Part shown: positions 1 through 12,105 of the stretch, piece by piece
Layout of the letters: every line of letters begins with the position of its first letter
Position numbering within the stretch: position 1 is the first letter of the stretch
NCBI GenBank assembly: GCA_023920165.1
Contig: CP089277.1
Coordinates: 62,001 to 126,000, forward strand
Reading direction: 5' to 3'
Length of the DNA stretch: 64,000 bases
Origin: Curvularia clavata
Taxonomy: Eukaryota
The notes under the pieces: model-generated
Databases searched by the model: none
What the model was told of the DNA's origin: nothing
Seen by the model: the letters and a program-made list of their open reading frames with translations, nothing else
Program-made: the position numbers and the translations under genes

Positions 1-1
1 C

Positions 2-418
2 TTCATCTTCGCTTTCACAGCATTCTATTCTCCTGGTGAAGGACCCTGTGCCTTTGTCTATAGTGCCGAAGTCTTTCCCTTATCCCACAGAGAAATTGGC
101 ATGTCTTGGGCTGTCGCAACGAATAACTTCTGGGCAGCAGTCCTAGGTCTAACATTTCCGCGCATGCTGCAACAATCCACCGCGATTGGTAGCTTTGGTT
201 TCTATGCAGGCCTATGCCTGATTGCGCTCTCATGGATCTTTATGTTCATGCCAGAGACAAAGCAGAGATCACTAGAAGAGCTGGACTATGTCTTTGCTGT
301 CCCTACTACCGTTCATGCCAAGTTCCAATTGACTAAGACGCTGCCTTGGTGGGTCAGTAAGTACGTCTTGAGAAGAAGGAATATCACAGAATCGGAGCTG
401 TATCATTTCGAGGGCTAA
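2..418 (+). CDS. 3' end of MFS sugar/polyol (myo-inositol-like) transporter, truncated by window start
   Basis: Open frame from base 2: [26 protein letters not shown]...[17 protein letters not shown] (sugar porter PET/LEE motif); stop at 416-418. Confidence 0.9.
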   Translation, partial: FIFAFTAFYSPGEGPCAFVYSAEVFPLSHREIGMSWAVATNNFWAAVLGLTFPRMLQQSTAIGSFGFYAGLCLIALSWIFMFMPETKQRSLEELDYVFAVPTTVHAKFQLTKTLPWWVSKYVLRRRNITESELYHFEG

Positions 419-719
419 GAAGGGTGAGAATTAATACCATTGATGACGCCGCTCATTATCGTGGTGATTAGCTTATGACTGATAGCTAAAGATATTACTA
501 TAGTTGGTTATAACAAATAGTATAGCTAGAACATATTGAAAGCGAATAATACTAAAGAGTAATAGTATAGTTTAGAGATGATACAAGAAGATAATAGTAT
601 ATTTCCTCCTACATGTATAATAAGATTAGAGGATAATAGTGTCGGATTCACCCTGCGCACGGACCACGTTTCAAGCACTAATAGTGCAGTATCCTAGTTT
701 TTAATAACCATGTATAGAT

Positions 720-791
720 CTACAGATGGTTACGCGAAGGGAATGCAGCTCTAGCACTAACAATTAGCGCACCAGTATTAAATCGATCAGG
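720..791 (-). pseudogene. Displaced native 3' end of the MBL-fold gene (left of the transposon)
   Basis: Removing the element plus one TCAGG copy gives ...ELYPD-RFNTGALIVSARAAFPSRNHL* in frame; TAG stop at 722-720. Confidence 0.88.
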
Positions 792-2255
792 CTCTCGTGG
801 AACTAAAATAGTGCAAAATAAGCTGCCCCACCAAAACAATGCAATCCACCACATTCAACCACCCACCACACCACCAAAACGCACCCAAATTTACTGACTT
901 TATATGCAAAACAGGTCTATTGAAATGTGAGGATACACATATCCAAATGCCAAAGCGTTTGCGACTCACGACGCCGCCGAGAGAGCTAATCAAAACTGAC
1001 GACGCACCACCACAACTAGACACCCCCCGACGCTCTGCCATACTTGCGCTGGTCTATTTCAATCAAGAAGAGAATCAGCCATGTAGTTTACAGCGTATTT
1101 CTACAGTATTTGGCATACATCCGTCTACAATATCACGTGTCGTCGCGTTAGGACGATGCCGTCAACTCCAGCACTCTGATGCACCTGACACTCGCGGACG
1201 GCCACGAGGTATAACCAACGCTGACGCTGAGGCTATTTCTACCTATATCCGAGACGCTCCCTTTGATGAAAAAAGCTTTTCTTGGCAAGATATAGCAGAA
1301 AAAGCTGGAGTAGTTAAGGAGTATCGGCATGAACGTGGTGCTAGGAACCTACAATGGCATCCCAAAGTAATACAACGGCATGTTACTCAGTGGTCAGGCA
1401 TCAAAACACATAAGGCAGTTACCAAAGAAGCTTATAGTCTTGCATAAGTTCGGTGGCGGGCGGCATATATTAACACCCAAATTACTATACGCCTAAATGC
1501 ACAGCACTGGCGCAATGTGCTTTGGTGTGATGAAGTCCACTGGATGACTGGCCCAAGATATCCCCGTAATATAAAGAGACTACCAGGCACTTACTGGAAA
1601 TATCACCCGAGTAATATCCAATACGACCCAGACCATAAACCAGATGCAGAAAAGTAGAGTCACTTTCATGTCTTCTGTGTTGTTGGGTTTGACTTTGCAT
1701 GGGCTCTCCCCTATTCTACGCGGGCAACAAATGGTAAAATGAACACTAAAATATATACTGAGTTTGTTTTACCAAAGCTGCAAGCTTTTATACTTGAAAA
1801 AGGTGGTGACTGGATTTTGTGGCAGGATCGAGATTCTGCCCATACAAGTAAAGAGACTCTACGCTGGATGGAGCTTCATGGGCTAGACTATATCCTCTCA
1901 CCACCAAAATCACCCGATCTTAGCGTTATGGAGACCTGGGTTTCACCTATCCGCCGTGATTTTTGGCAGCAAAGGTGTGCAACAAAGGCACAGGGGCTGC
2001 GGCGTTTTCATGAGATTTGGCGTGCACTTAACCAAGAAAAAATCAACAAAACAGTAGACGGATATCCTCTACGACTCCAAGAAGTACGGGATAAGTATCA
2101 GTATAGAGCCTCACGTTTTTGATAGTTTTTTTTTACATAGGTTTGAATGTAATCTTGGCTGATTTTGGCTGTATTTTGGGCTGTTTTTGCATTGCGACGT
2201 GTGTGCATTGTTTTGGTGGGGCAGCTTATTTTGCACTATTTTAGTTCCACGAGAG
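792..2255 (+). mobile_element. Tc1/IS630-superfamily DNA transposon, 1464 bp, 52-bp perfect TIRs, 5-bp TSD TCAGG
   Basis: Left TIR 792-843 (ctctcgtggaactaaaatagtgcaaaataagctgccccaccaaaacaatgca) is the exact reverse complement of 2204-2255; tcagg at 787-791 and 2256-2260; internal transposase. Confidence 0.95.
947..2122 (+). pseudogene. DD34E transposase with two in-frame stops
   Basis: Single frame from ATG 947: HTH region (ISTVFGIHPSTISR, RGRPR), WRNVLWCDE, WQDRDSAH, SPDLSVME (34 residues between second D and E); stops TAA 1445-1447 and TAG 1655-1657. Confidence 0.92.
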
Positions 2256-3064
2256 TCAGGGTACAACTCATTCATTGCTTCTGAGAGTTCTCTTGAATTC
2301 TTGATTTTTCCTGATTCAATTAATCTCTCAAAGCTCCTCAGATAGTCTTTGGTGCGCTGCAAGTGCCAAACTCCAGGGATTTCACCTGCATTCTGATGGG
2401 CAGCGATAACGATGGTCGGTGAAAGCCGCTCCAGCGTCTCGATACTTGCAATCCAGGCCTGTCTTTTCTCCTTCGTTGCGGCGTTCGCCTGCATGAGATG
2501 GACTGAGCCATAAACGACTGTGCCACAAACGGCCAGTCGAAGGCTAGGAACCCATACAATCGTAGAATTCTCAACTGCGGCGTGTCCAGCAACAATTGCT
2601 TGCAGCTTGTATCCGTCAACATCAAGCTCGTTACTCGGGGGTAGCAACTCTGCCACTTCGTCGACTGGTGGTTGGTCATCGATTTGTCCTGGGAATTTTG
2701 ATGCGAAAGCGGCAAGTACATCAGGCTTGAGGCTATCTTTCATCATTTCCAACGTGGTTTTTAAACAGAGTGTCTTGACGTCTGGGAATCGTTTGCGGAG
2801 CGTAGGCATGCCAAGGAAAAAATCGTGAGCACCGTGCGAGATATAGACTGCCTTCAACCTTCGTTTCCCAAGTGTTTGGCTTATCCAGTTCGCAAGGTCT
2901 ACTGTTTCTACTGTGGTGAAAGGTACGTTCACTAAGACTGCCGATTGAGGACCATATATCAGTGTAGAGGCAATCGGCGACCAGGTGCCGATGATTGAAC
3001 CATCGCGCCTTCGCATAGGCACGGCAGGGGCGATATAAATACTAGCTAGCAATTCCGATGCCAT
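2256..3064 (-). CDS. Metallo-beta-lactamase-fold hydrolase, interrupted near its C-terminus by the transposon (frame reads on into the TIR to a stop at 2111)
   Basis: WSPIASTLIYG, VYISHGAHD, VWVPSLRLAVCG, LYPD motifs; likely ATG at 3064 (MASELL). Confidence 0.85.
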
Positions 3065-3130
3065 AACAAAAGCTGCTGAAAATGAGTCTATATCAGCACC
3101 TGAAAGAAGTATTCTTATATACATAAATCT

Positions 3131-3226
3131 CAGTAACGATGCTGTGATGAGTCAACATCTGGATTAGTGATCAGGCCGCGGTAACGAAGCTGTGATAAGC
3201 CAACATCTAGATTAGTGATCAGGCCT
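3131..3226. repeat. 48-bp imperfect tandem duplication
   Basis: cagtaacgatgctgtgatgagtcaacatctggattagtgatcaggccg followed directly by cggtaacgaagctgtgataagccaacatctagattagtgatcaggcct. Confidence 0.9.
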
Positions 3227-3558
3227 CTGCAGGTTCTTCGGCCTTTTACCAAATGAACGGTACCCCTCGTCGTTTTTGCTCCAATAAAAGAGGGGTTAAT
3301 ATTTATGTAATGATCATGCATAGTTTTTGTTTAGTTCCTACCGAGGCATGTTCGCTCCTGCCCCGCAAAGCCAATTGTGTGTCTCCAGCAGAGGCTGTAT
3401 AACATCTTGCCTTCAAACTCTGTTAATCTTGGTCATCTCAATTTTAGCTGTGATTTTTGTAACTCATCCGGTCATAAGCATTACTGTCTGAGACGGGTCA
3501 TAATTTACCCCCATATCTTATGATTCCAACAAGAACTTGTCGAAGGTAGCCGAACAGA

Positions 3559-4602
3559 ATGTCCTGGAGCAACAGCGATATCATCGAAGTACCGAAATCT
3601 TATGCGACAGGGAGTGAAAGTCACATCCGTGTCTCGAATCATCCGGAGTCGGCTCAGGGCGTTACTCCCATCCAAATTGTTGCGTTGAACCGACCCGAAA
3701 AGCTGAATGCAATCACCTCGCACATGTTAGAGAACTTGATAAAGTTCTTCACAACTGTAAATGTGGACGATAGGGTCAAGGTTGTCATACTTACAGGTAC
3801 TGGAAGAGTTTTCAGCGCTGGTATTGATCTCAAAGAAGACTCAAGTACGATTAAGGGCTTGCCAGTCAATGTAGCCCGAGATCCAGGTGGGACCTTGGCA
3901 CTTGCCATGTATAATTGCAGCAAAGTGGTCATCGTGGCGTACAACGGGCTCTCCATTGGTATTGGAATGACTTCAACACTGGCCGCTGCTATTCGGTAGG
4001 TCTTCCTATATTGAAGAATGAAAGACTGACCTTATGCAGATTGGCGCCTGCCAAAGCCGAGTTTGGATTCCCATTCGCCCGCATTGGCCTTACTATGGAA
4101 TCTTGCAGCTCATTCTTCCTGCCACGTATGATTGGCTACAGCAACGCAACGTATCTTCTCGCCACGGGCAAGCGATTTCCTGCAGAATCCAGCGTGTTTC
4201 ATGGCCTTTTCGCAGAACTCCTACCCAGACCAGAAGATGTCCTTCCCCGAGCTCTTGCACTAGCCGATGACATACTGCAGAATGTTAGCCCTATGGCGAT
4301 CCATCTCAATCGAAATCTAATATGGCGGAATGGGGAAACTGCTGAAGCTGCTCACCTGATAGACAGTCCAGTATTAGCGGATATGTTTGGCGGAGAGTGT
4401 GTTCTTTAAATTCCGCTATAGAGCGACCGAACTGATTCTTGACAGGGATCATGCAGAGTACAAGACTGCGTTCTTTACGAAACAGCTTCCCAACTACAAG
4501 GACACTTTGAATAAGAACGCTCCAAGAAGCTATCCATGGTGGAAGGAAGTATCAATCAAATCGTTACCGCGAGCAGCTCCGTGGATTTCGACTAAGTTAT
4601 AA
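3559..4602 (+). CDS. Enoyl-CoA hydratase/isomerase (crotonase), probably peroxisomal; 3 exons
   Basis: LNRPEKLNA, FSAGIDL, RDPGGTLAL, FPFARIGLTMESCSSFFLPR; introns ~3996-4039 and ~4398-4446; C-terminal -TKL (PTS1-like). Confidence 0.9.
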
Positions 4603-5690
4603 GCCGTATCAAGAAAATTCATAAGAGTGTACTTAATGGCGTAACATGGTTTATGAGCAAATTGATCACATCAGCAACTTTGTGTACCCTAAGAGCTATA
4701 CACCTCAGTGGCTCCACCACTATATGCTTGAAAATCTTGCAATGAATCTGATGCCTTCTTTTTTATCTCTTATTTTGACTCACAGTAATTAGACAGCTCT
4801 AGACGCGCTGCGTTCGCATACAACGTTCCAATATCTACATTGAATGACCGACACGCTAGCAAGCCCAACTCAAAAAAGCTTGCCAAGGGAGGAGCAGTCC
4901 AACAGTCTTGCAATTGTACGTATCGTCCTGCCATGTTCGTTCGTTCCGCCTGTTGGAGTGGGGATGCGTCCATGTCCGCAAACGCAAGCAGTGGTAGCTT
5001 TTACAAAGCTCATGACTACACTGCATTGTGAGGGTGAAAGGCACAAGCAGATAACTACCGTACTGGCAAAGCTCCGGATTTACAATCGATATATCGAATA
5101 GCAGGGTCGGAAAATAGGGCCGCGCCTGTTTTCTCGCTGAGCTTGTCCTAGCATTGGACTACATTAGAGATTAACAGGTTAGATTCACCTCCTAGCTCTG
5201 GAACTTGTGTGACGGAACTCTCTTTTCCGGCTTCCGATGTCTACGAGTGCAATAAGTGCGCCATAAACGATCTACACGGGAGCTCGCATCTACCGAGACC
5301 CATAACCAACCGGCTTTGCTATGTTGAACATTTTACAGTCTTACCGCGCGTATTTGTATTTGTTGCTATAGTACTGCTCCCGATGAAGCGACTCTGGCAT
5401 AACTAATATGGGTGTTGCGAAGTCGCTGAGATTTCTTGACCGCAGAAATATGCGCCCATCGCAATACCGTCGGGTTGTAAAGTCTCTTACAGAAACATGT
5501 TAGATACATATTACCTATGATTAAGAGCCAAGTCGGTCTGTGGACAGGCATGGTTGCCTACAGTATCCACAAAAGATACCGCTGTCAAGGTGTCAATCAG
5601 AACAAGCAAAGCCATCAAGAAAGTCGTATGGGGTCGTTGAGTTATCTAGTGCTTGGCAATAGAGCAACAGAACACTCCGTATATCACTTT

Positions 5691-5884
5691 AGTATATAGC
5701 ATTAGGCATCGAGGCCTTATGGCTCTCTGTGTTCACCTTAAGTTACGAGTATAAGTATACTGCATAAGATCCTTACAGACCCTTTATTTATAACACACTG
5801 TCGCTTTATCCATGAACACCAATCTTTAGAATCTTGACACAAGGAGTCTTATATTACTTCTAATCAAGAACCTTACTATTAACA
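5691..5884 (+). mobile_element. Degenerate solo LTR (3' part), same family as the LTR at 18122-18568; 5' boundary unresolved
   Basis: Colinear shared blocks agtatatagc, taggcatcga, ccttatggctc, cttaagttacgagta, ataacacactg, atcttgacac, agtcttatattacttcta; ends in ttaaca. Confidence 0.8.
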
Positions 5885-7367
5885 GGCTCATCGGGATGAA
5901 TCAAACTAGTCTGAGGCGAGAAACGACGAGCGTAGCATAGCCTTCAGACTGTCTAGTTTACCAAGCTTGAGATTATGGTCGAACGGATTCTAGCTATTGA
6001 ATCGCTTTGTTCAGCTCTCAATAGTGCTAGCACACGCCTCTCCAGATGAGTCAGTATAGCTGGGTTCTGGATAGAAGGCTGATAATCCGACCCTAATCGA
6101 TTCGGTCTAGAATATGCAGCCTGGGGATCCGCGCTAAAGCAAAGGGCAGCAGCTGCGCTTCATGGCTTAGCAGCGAAGAGCCTTATTCGTGGTAAATATG
6201 CGGTCTTTGGAGGAGGTGGTCACTTAGTAATCCCTGGAAGATTGGATTGACGATGTAGGATTCAATAAACTCGTCAATAGTTGAAAGATGAATGAAAAGA
6301 AGCAAAAACGAAAGCGAAAGTGATACTCTAGAAGAGCGCGAGAATATTGGGGAAAAACCGAAGCTGTTTCACTAGAAGTACTACATCTCATCATGACATG
6401 TGAAGAAAAGTATTTGAGCATCGAGGGCTGAGCAAAGGCTGTCTCTTTAGAGGTTGATGCAAGTCAGGATTCTGACAAACTTGGATTGGACAATAACAAA
6501 TCCACAGCGCTATCCAGACCTTTCGACTAGATGCTAGCAAAAGTTCAATAAAGCAGCCTAAATCTTACACCTCGTGTTGGCAGACATCACGCTAGGCCAT
6601 TACCTTACGTAGTGATTCCCAACAATATCTTAGCTTACGTCCATCAACGTCATCGGCAAGTGAGCTACTACTCCCACCAAGCTTCTAACCATCTCAACTT
6701 TCAACAATTGTATGTTACCACCCAAATATTGAGTTACTCTCCCATGAATATAGTATTCACTATGCAATAAAAGTAATGTCATTGTAGTGTGGAGTTATAC
6801 GCCGGTGAAGGGCGAAGACCTTAGTGAGAGAGGGCAGTTCGCCTGTCGATGATGTTAGGACTTAGTCTAGCGCATACCTGGGCATATGGTTATGACAGGG
6901 CTATTTGTATAATTGGTTGAGCAAACCTTAGCGGCCCAAATACCCTTTAAACCAATCAGCGGGAATTTTGTTACTGATGGTATCTGGTCGATTGGCTCAG
7001 AAGAATTTTGGTACACTAACCACTGCTTAACTCAGGTGGCGCATTGTGCGCCTCAGAATTCGAAAGCTCGTTCGGCCTGCGGCTGAGGAGAATACACTGT
7101 ACGTAAGTGTCGCAATGTGGGGTCTGAGTTCATTGTACTATATTTGACATTGCTTCGATTTCGCCTTTGTCGATCTTTCCGCTCTCGTCAGCTTATCAGA
7201 ATTTGGCGACTATTATGAGCGACGGAATTCTATGTAGACCAATCTTTTCCTTATTCCCCTAGTGGACTCTTCTTTCAAACTGTCTCTCACGAGCTTCACT
7301 CCAGAGTCGATTTTCGCTTCTCCACCATACCTGTAGCCAGGACTAGAATAGTCAAAGAGTTCGGAAT

Positions 7368-9579
7368 ATGTCCTTACCGAAAGACATAATTATCGACATT
7401 ATGGAACCCGAGAAGACTAGCCAAGGCCATGCATCTGGTCCAGGAACGCCCAAAAGTGGGTCATTTCGTGCAAATCACCAAGAGGTCGCACGTTATGAGC
7501 CTTTTCGCCGACGAGGAGCCTACACTGAGTTATCTGATGGAGATGGAGATGCTGATGAAGATCAGGAAACGGAACCAAGCAAACTCCAAACTTTAGTTTA
7601 TAAGTTCACCAAGTCTATCCTGCTTCGACGGCTCCTTTTATATTACCTTCCACCAACGCTGCTTCTTCTAATTCCTATCATTGTCACCGCGACTGTGGCA
7701 AAGAACGCCCATATTGGAGAGGATGTCCGCCTCGTTGGCCTTTTCGTCTGGCTAGAGGTTGTCTGGGCTATCTTCTGGGGCTCATGGGGACTTGCGTTTA
7801 CGCTCCCCTTCGTATTTCAGTATTTCGCAGGATTTTTTAGTCCAGTCGCAAAGGACTATACCGACATCCTTAAAGCTGTCATCTTGCCAATGACTACCTT
7901 CTATTTTGCCCTGTTTAGCCGCGCAGCCACGTCATTGTTGTGCGTCTTTGACAAGGTGAAACCAGGTCGTTGTGACGATGGTTGGGTTTTGATCATTCGG
8001 AGATTTTTCCTTGCTACAGTTGCTTGCACGGGATTGTTTTTCGTAGAGAAAGTCCTCGTTCACTTGCTCACTGTTAAGTATCGCAAACGACAATTTAAAG
8101 TTCGGGTCGAGGAAAATAAAAGGACTACGCGCATTCTGGCCCAGATGTATGAAGCATCTGTCAGACTGCATCCTGAATTTTGTGCGCGTTTTGTCTTGGA
8201 GGATGACAAAATCCATCGCTCCGAGACACTGCGCGCTGCAGCAGATGGACTACAGCAATCTCGTTTACGTAAAAGAGTGAGCAAATTCTATGGAGCTGAT
8301 GCAATGGCAGAGACGAAAGCTAGGCTCCAGGGAAAAGAAGTGCTCAAAGTCGGCTCGCCACGCTCCGTTGTTCTGAGAGCACTTGAAAACGAACAAGCTT
8401 CTGAAGCTTTAGCCCGTCGCCTGTGGTTCTCATTCTCTGTGGTATCAGATGCTGTCACCGAAGATGACATCATCCGTATTTTGGGACCAGGCCGGGAGGA
8501 AGACGCGCTGGATATATTCTATGCTCTAGACAAAGATGATAATGGGAACATCAGCCTTGAGGAAATGGAGTTTTTGTTGAAGCAGCTCAGCAGAGGTAAA
8601 AAAGACACCGAAAGAAGCATGCACGACATTGGTCAGGCAGTAAAGAGTTTGGATAGGTTGCTCGAGGTATTTCTGTTCTTTGTTTCCATCATCCTTTATA
8701 GTGAGTGACATATTCTTGCTTCCTTCAGCTAGCAGTGCTAATAAAGTCAATTATTACAGTTGCCTTTTTCAATGTCGGAGTTGCTTCAAGCTTAGCAACA
8801 CTGTGGGGTAGCATCGCCGCCATATCCTTTGCAATCGCAACTACCGTTCAAGAGTTTCTCGGGTCTCTCGTATTCTTATTCGTTAAGCACCCATACGATA
8901 TTGGCGATCGTGTTGATATTAATGGATCGGAACTGGTTGTTGAGCATATCTCATTGCTCTTCACGGTTTTCCGTCAAGTAGACACGGGAGGTATGGTCCA
9001 GATCCCTAATATTGTCAACAACACTCAATGGATCAAGAACGTCTCTCGTAGTAAGGCAATGAAGGAACGGTACAACTTCGCCATCAGCCCGAAGACAACG
9101 TGGTCTCAGCTTGAGAACCTCAAGTCTGAACTTCGGAGGTTCGTGCAGGAACCACAAAATAAACGCGATTATCAGCCAAATATCGATGTTGAGCTCTTCT
9201 CGATTGGCGATATGGAGAAACTGCATTTACGCGTTGAAATTTGTCAAAAGGTGATCAAATAACTCACAATTAGGTTTAAAATCGGTTGCTAACTTATTAA
9301 AAGTGTAATTTCTCCGATGAAACTCTCCGCGCTTCCAGACGCTCAAAATTCATGTGTGCCCTGTTCACCATTTTAAAGAAACATGGGATAAAGAAGCCAT
9401 GGGGAGATAAACCACCCGATGCTGGAACTTGGGAAAACCCGGCGTTCTCTGTTACAGTTACAGGAGAAGAAGCCGCCAAGGCTCGCGCGGAGTGGGAGAC
9501 TCGGGAAGAAGCAGATCGTGTAAAAAAGATGCAGAACCTTTGGTGGGATGGATTGGGACAGGGAGAGAATTGCAAGTGA
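7368..9579 (+). CDS. MscS-like mechanosensitive channel (Msy1/Msy2 type) with EF-hand; 3 exons
   Basis: N-terminal TM helices, SEALARRLWFSF, EF-hand DKDDNGNISLEE, FLFVKHPYDIGDRV, QIPNIVNN, IKNVSRS; introns ~8701-8759 and ~9251-9303. Confidence 0.9.
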
Positions 9580-10521
9580 ATAGTGCTTGAACAAGAAAAT
9601 ACTAGCCCCTCAAACATGACGCGCTTTACAAGCCAGCTGTTCTTTCAAACAAGGCGTCTACTCTTGGCACAATACTCTACAGCCATAGGGTTAACCACAG
9701 ATAGACTAGCCACAGGAGACCTGTTGGAGTACCGTCGGCCTACAACAGCCACGATTACATGTTTTAGGTATATATCATCTCTTACGGAGTCTTGATTGCT
9801 CCTCATGTAAAGACATTAGTGGATCAAGTATATTCAATTACTTTTCAGGTGAGATACTGTGCGATCTTGGAGCAAAGTACAGATACTAAATCTTCAGGCA
9901 TTCTACTAAATTTTCATACATAGTAAAGTTCCCGGTGGACAGAATTTCTAGATAATGGGTGTAATAGGGCAGCGCCTCTGTCCACCTGGAAGTATACACA
10001 ACTTGAGGTGCTCGCCTTGGCGGTGCTAGTGCCCATATTAAACTATTCCCACCTCGCACATGGCAGAATTCCAAGATCGTACATGGTAAAGCTCTTACAC
10101 AGTAGAGCTCCCATGTACTAGAGCTCGAAGATTGTACATGACAGGAACATTCCATGCACACTAAGCTCAAAGATGCACCGCTGACATTCCTTGACGTGTG
10201 CTTCATATCTTGCTATGAGTTCTCTATTCGGGCCGAGTCACGGCCAAATTCGCGGTGTGGAGATTTCACTCTTCCATCGGTGTTCCGAATACAATCGGCA
10301 AGATATCTCGGCCTCCGGGTGTTCCGAAATCTTCATAAAGCATCGCCCATTGTGTATTAGCTCTTACTATACCAATATTATAGTTCTGTAAGGCACCATT
10401 AGTGCTCAATTCTTAAAAGCAGTAGTGAGAGGATTTATGTGTCTGACAACCTTTCCTCCTCTCTCCTATTATCGTTTTCGGCCTTGCTATGCAATTCCTC
10501 GCGCTCAGAATGTATTGCAAA

Positions 10522-12105
10522 ATGGATTGTAGCTTCATCGCTCTAATGCTGGCTGCAATGCTCTGCAACTCATTTGCGTTGGAGCTGCAAGGTGCGAGTT
10601 ATATACCACCGCTCGCAAAGAAAAGCTTTCCCATCCGAAGCGTGCCCACGGTCACTTACAACGACCAGCGACAGAGTAAAGAGGCAGTCGTCACCTCACC
10701 TCTCAAACATGCCCAAATATTCACTTATGCGATTGATGTCGAGATTGGGGACGGGAACTGGACTGTGCTGTTTGATACTGGCAGTAGTATAACGTGGATA
10801 GCCCGGCCAGATTTCACTTGCTTGGACTTGACCACTGGGAATGTACTGTAAGTCATTATCGAGATTATTTTGGATATGACAAGTATTTCTGGATTATTGT
10901 AGCTGCTGACCCTGATCTTACGTCTCTTCTAGCAATGCAACTTCTGATCCAATCTGTCCATTCTATTCATACGACCGCTCAACTTTCTCCGGTGGCGAGA
11001 TATCGAGCCCGGTCGCCAATTTCACTTATGGAGGCGGTGCCAGAGTAGTCGGCCCAAGGGGCTATCAAAAAGTCAGTCTCAGCGGGATCACCATCGAGAA
11101 ACAAGAAATGGTATTGGCTACGAGCGTCAGGTTTTACCCCTGGGAGACCAAGCCAGTCGCAGGGCTTCTCGGTATGTGTGATTGCCTTTGTGTCTACTCA
11201 CACCTATCCAACTAGCGTCTTAGCGCAATTACTCTCCAATATTCTGATGGGGTTTGGATCTGATCTTGATAGGCTTCTCCTTCCCATTCAACTATACCGA
11301 TCCCGCTACTGGTCAGATGTACAGCCCCACGCCATTCATCTTCAATGCTCTTGATCAAGGCTACTTAGAGTCGCCGATCTTCTCAATTGCTTTAGGACCA
11401 ATGGGGCCTATACTTGCGGAATCTGACTTATCGGACTCGGGTGTATTATCAATTGGCGGTTTGCCCCCAGATGTGGAGACAACTGGCCCTTGGGCGGTGA
11501 CCCCAGTCGTCGGCGACCAGGCTAACGGCACTATTGGATTCTGGACAATTGTGCCGGATGGTTTTTTTGTAAAGTCGAAAGAGTCAGAGCCGCCATAAAA
11601 TCTGATCATTTTCTCAGCTGATTATTTGCAAATAGTAATCCGGAAGGCGTCTTTATTCCATGGAACGAAACGTTGGATGGGGCACCAGCACCCCTCCAAG
11701 TTGATTCAGGAACCGGGTCTATGTGGTTTCCAGATACCACGTTTGCCGAAGTCACCAAGACTTTCGATCCTCCAGTTCATTATGACGAAGTCGACGGCTG
11801 GGTTGCCAAGTGTAATGTATGTATCTTTATGTTCAGTTGACCAATCGCAAACTGATGTATGTTCATTACAGGCAACAATATACGGATTGAGTATTCGGCT
11901 TGGGGGTGTTAACATTACGCTGGATCCATCGACCCTCATTTATACGGACGATAATCGTCCTGTAAGCGACCCCACCACTTGTTACCTTGCGATATTGTCC
12001 GGGAGTAGGCTTTTAGGGGCATCATTCCTTAGAAACGTCGTTGCGGTGCACGACATGACTAAGGGGAGTGAGAGAATGCTGTTTGCACAAAAGAAGGTTG
12101 GATAA
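10522..12105 (+). CDS. Secreted pepsin-like aspartic protease (A1), multi-exon
   Basis: Hydrophobic N-terminus; catalytic VLFDTGSS and LQVDSGT; FTYGGG flap; LLGASFLRNVVAVHD; about five GT-AG introns; start could be 10489. Confidence 0.87.

Noticed and set aside
6345..6624. Possible copia-like solo LTR (tattgggg...aataaa...ttcccaaca)
   Set aside because: 5' terminus imperfect, no matching TSD, no second copy in the window
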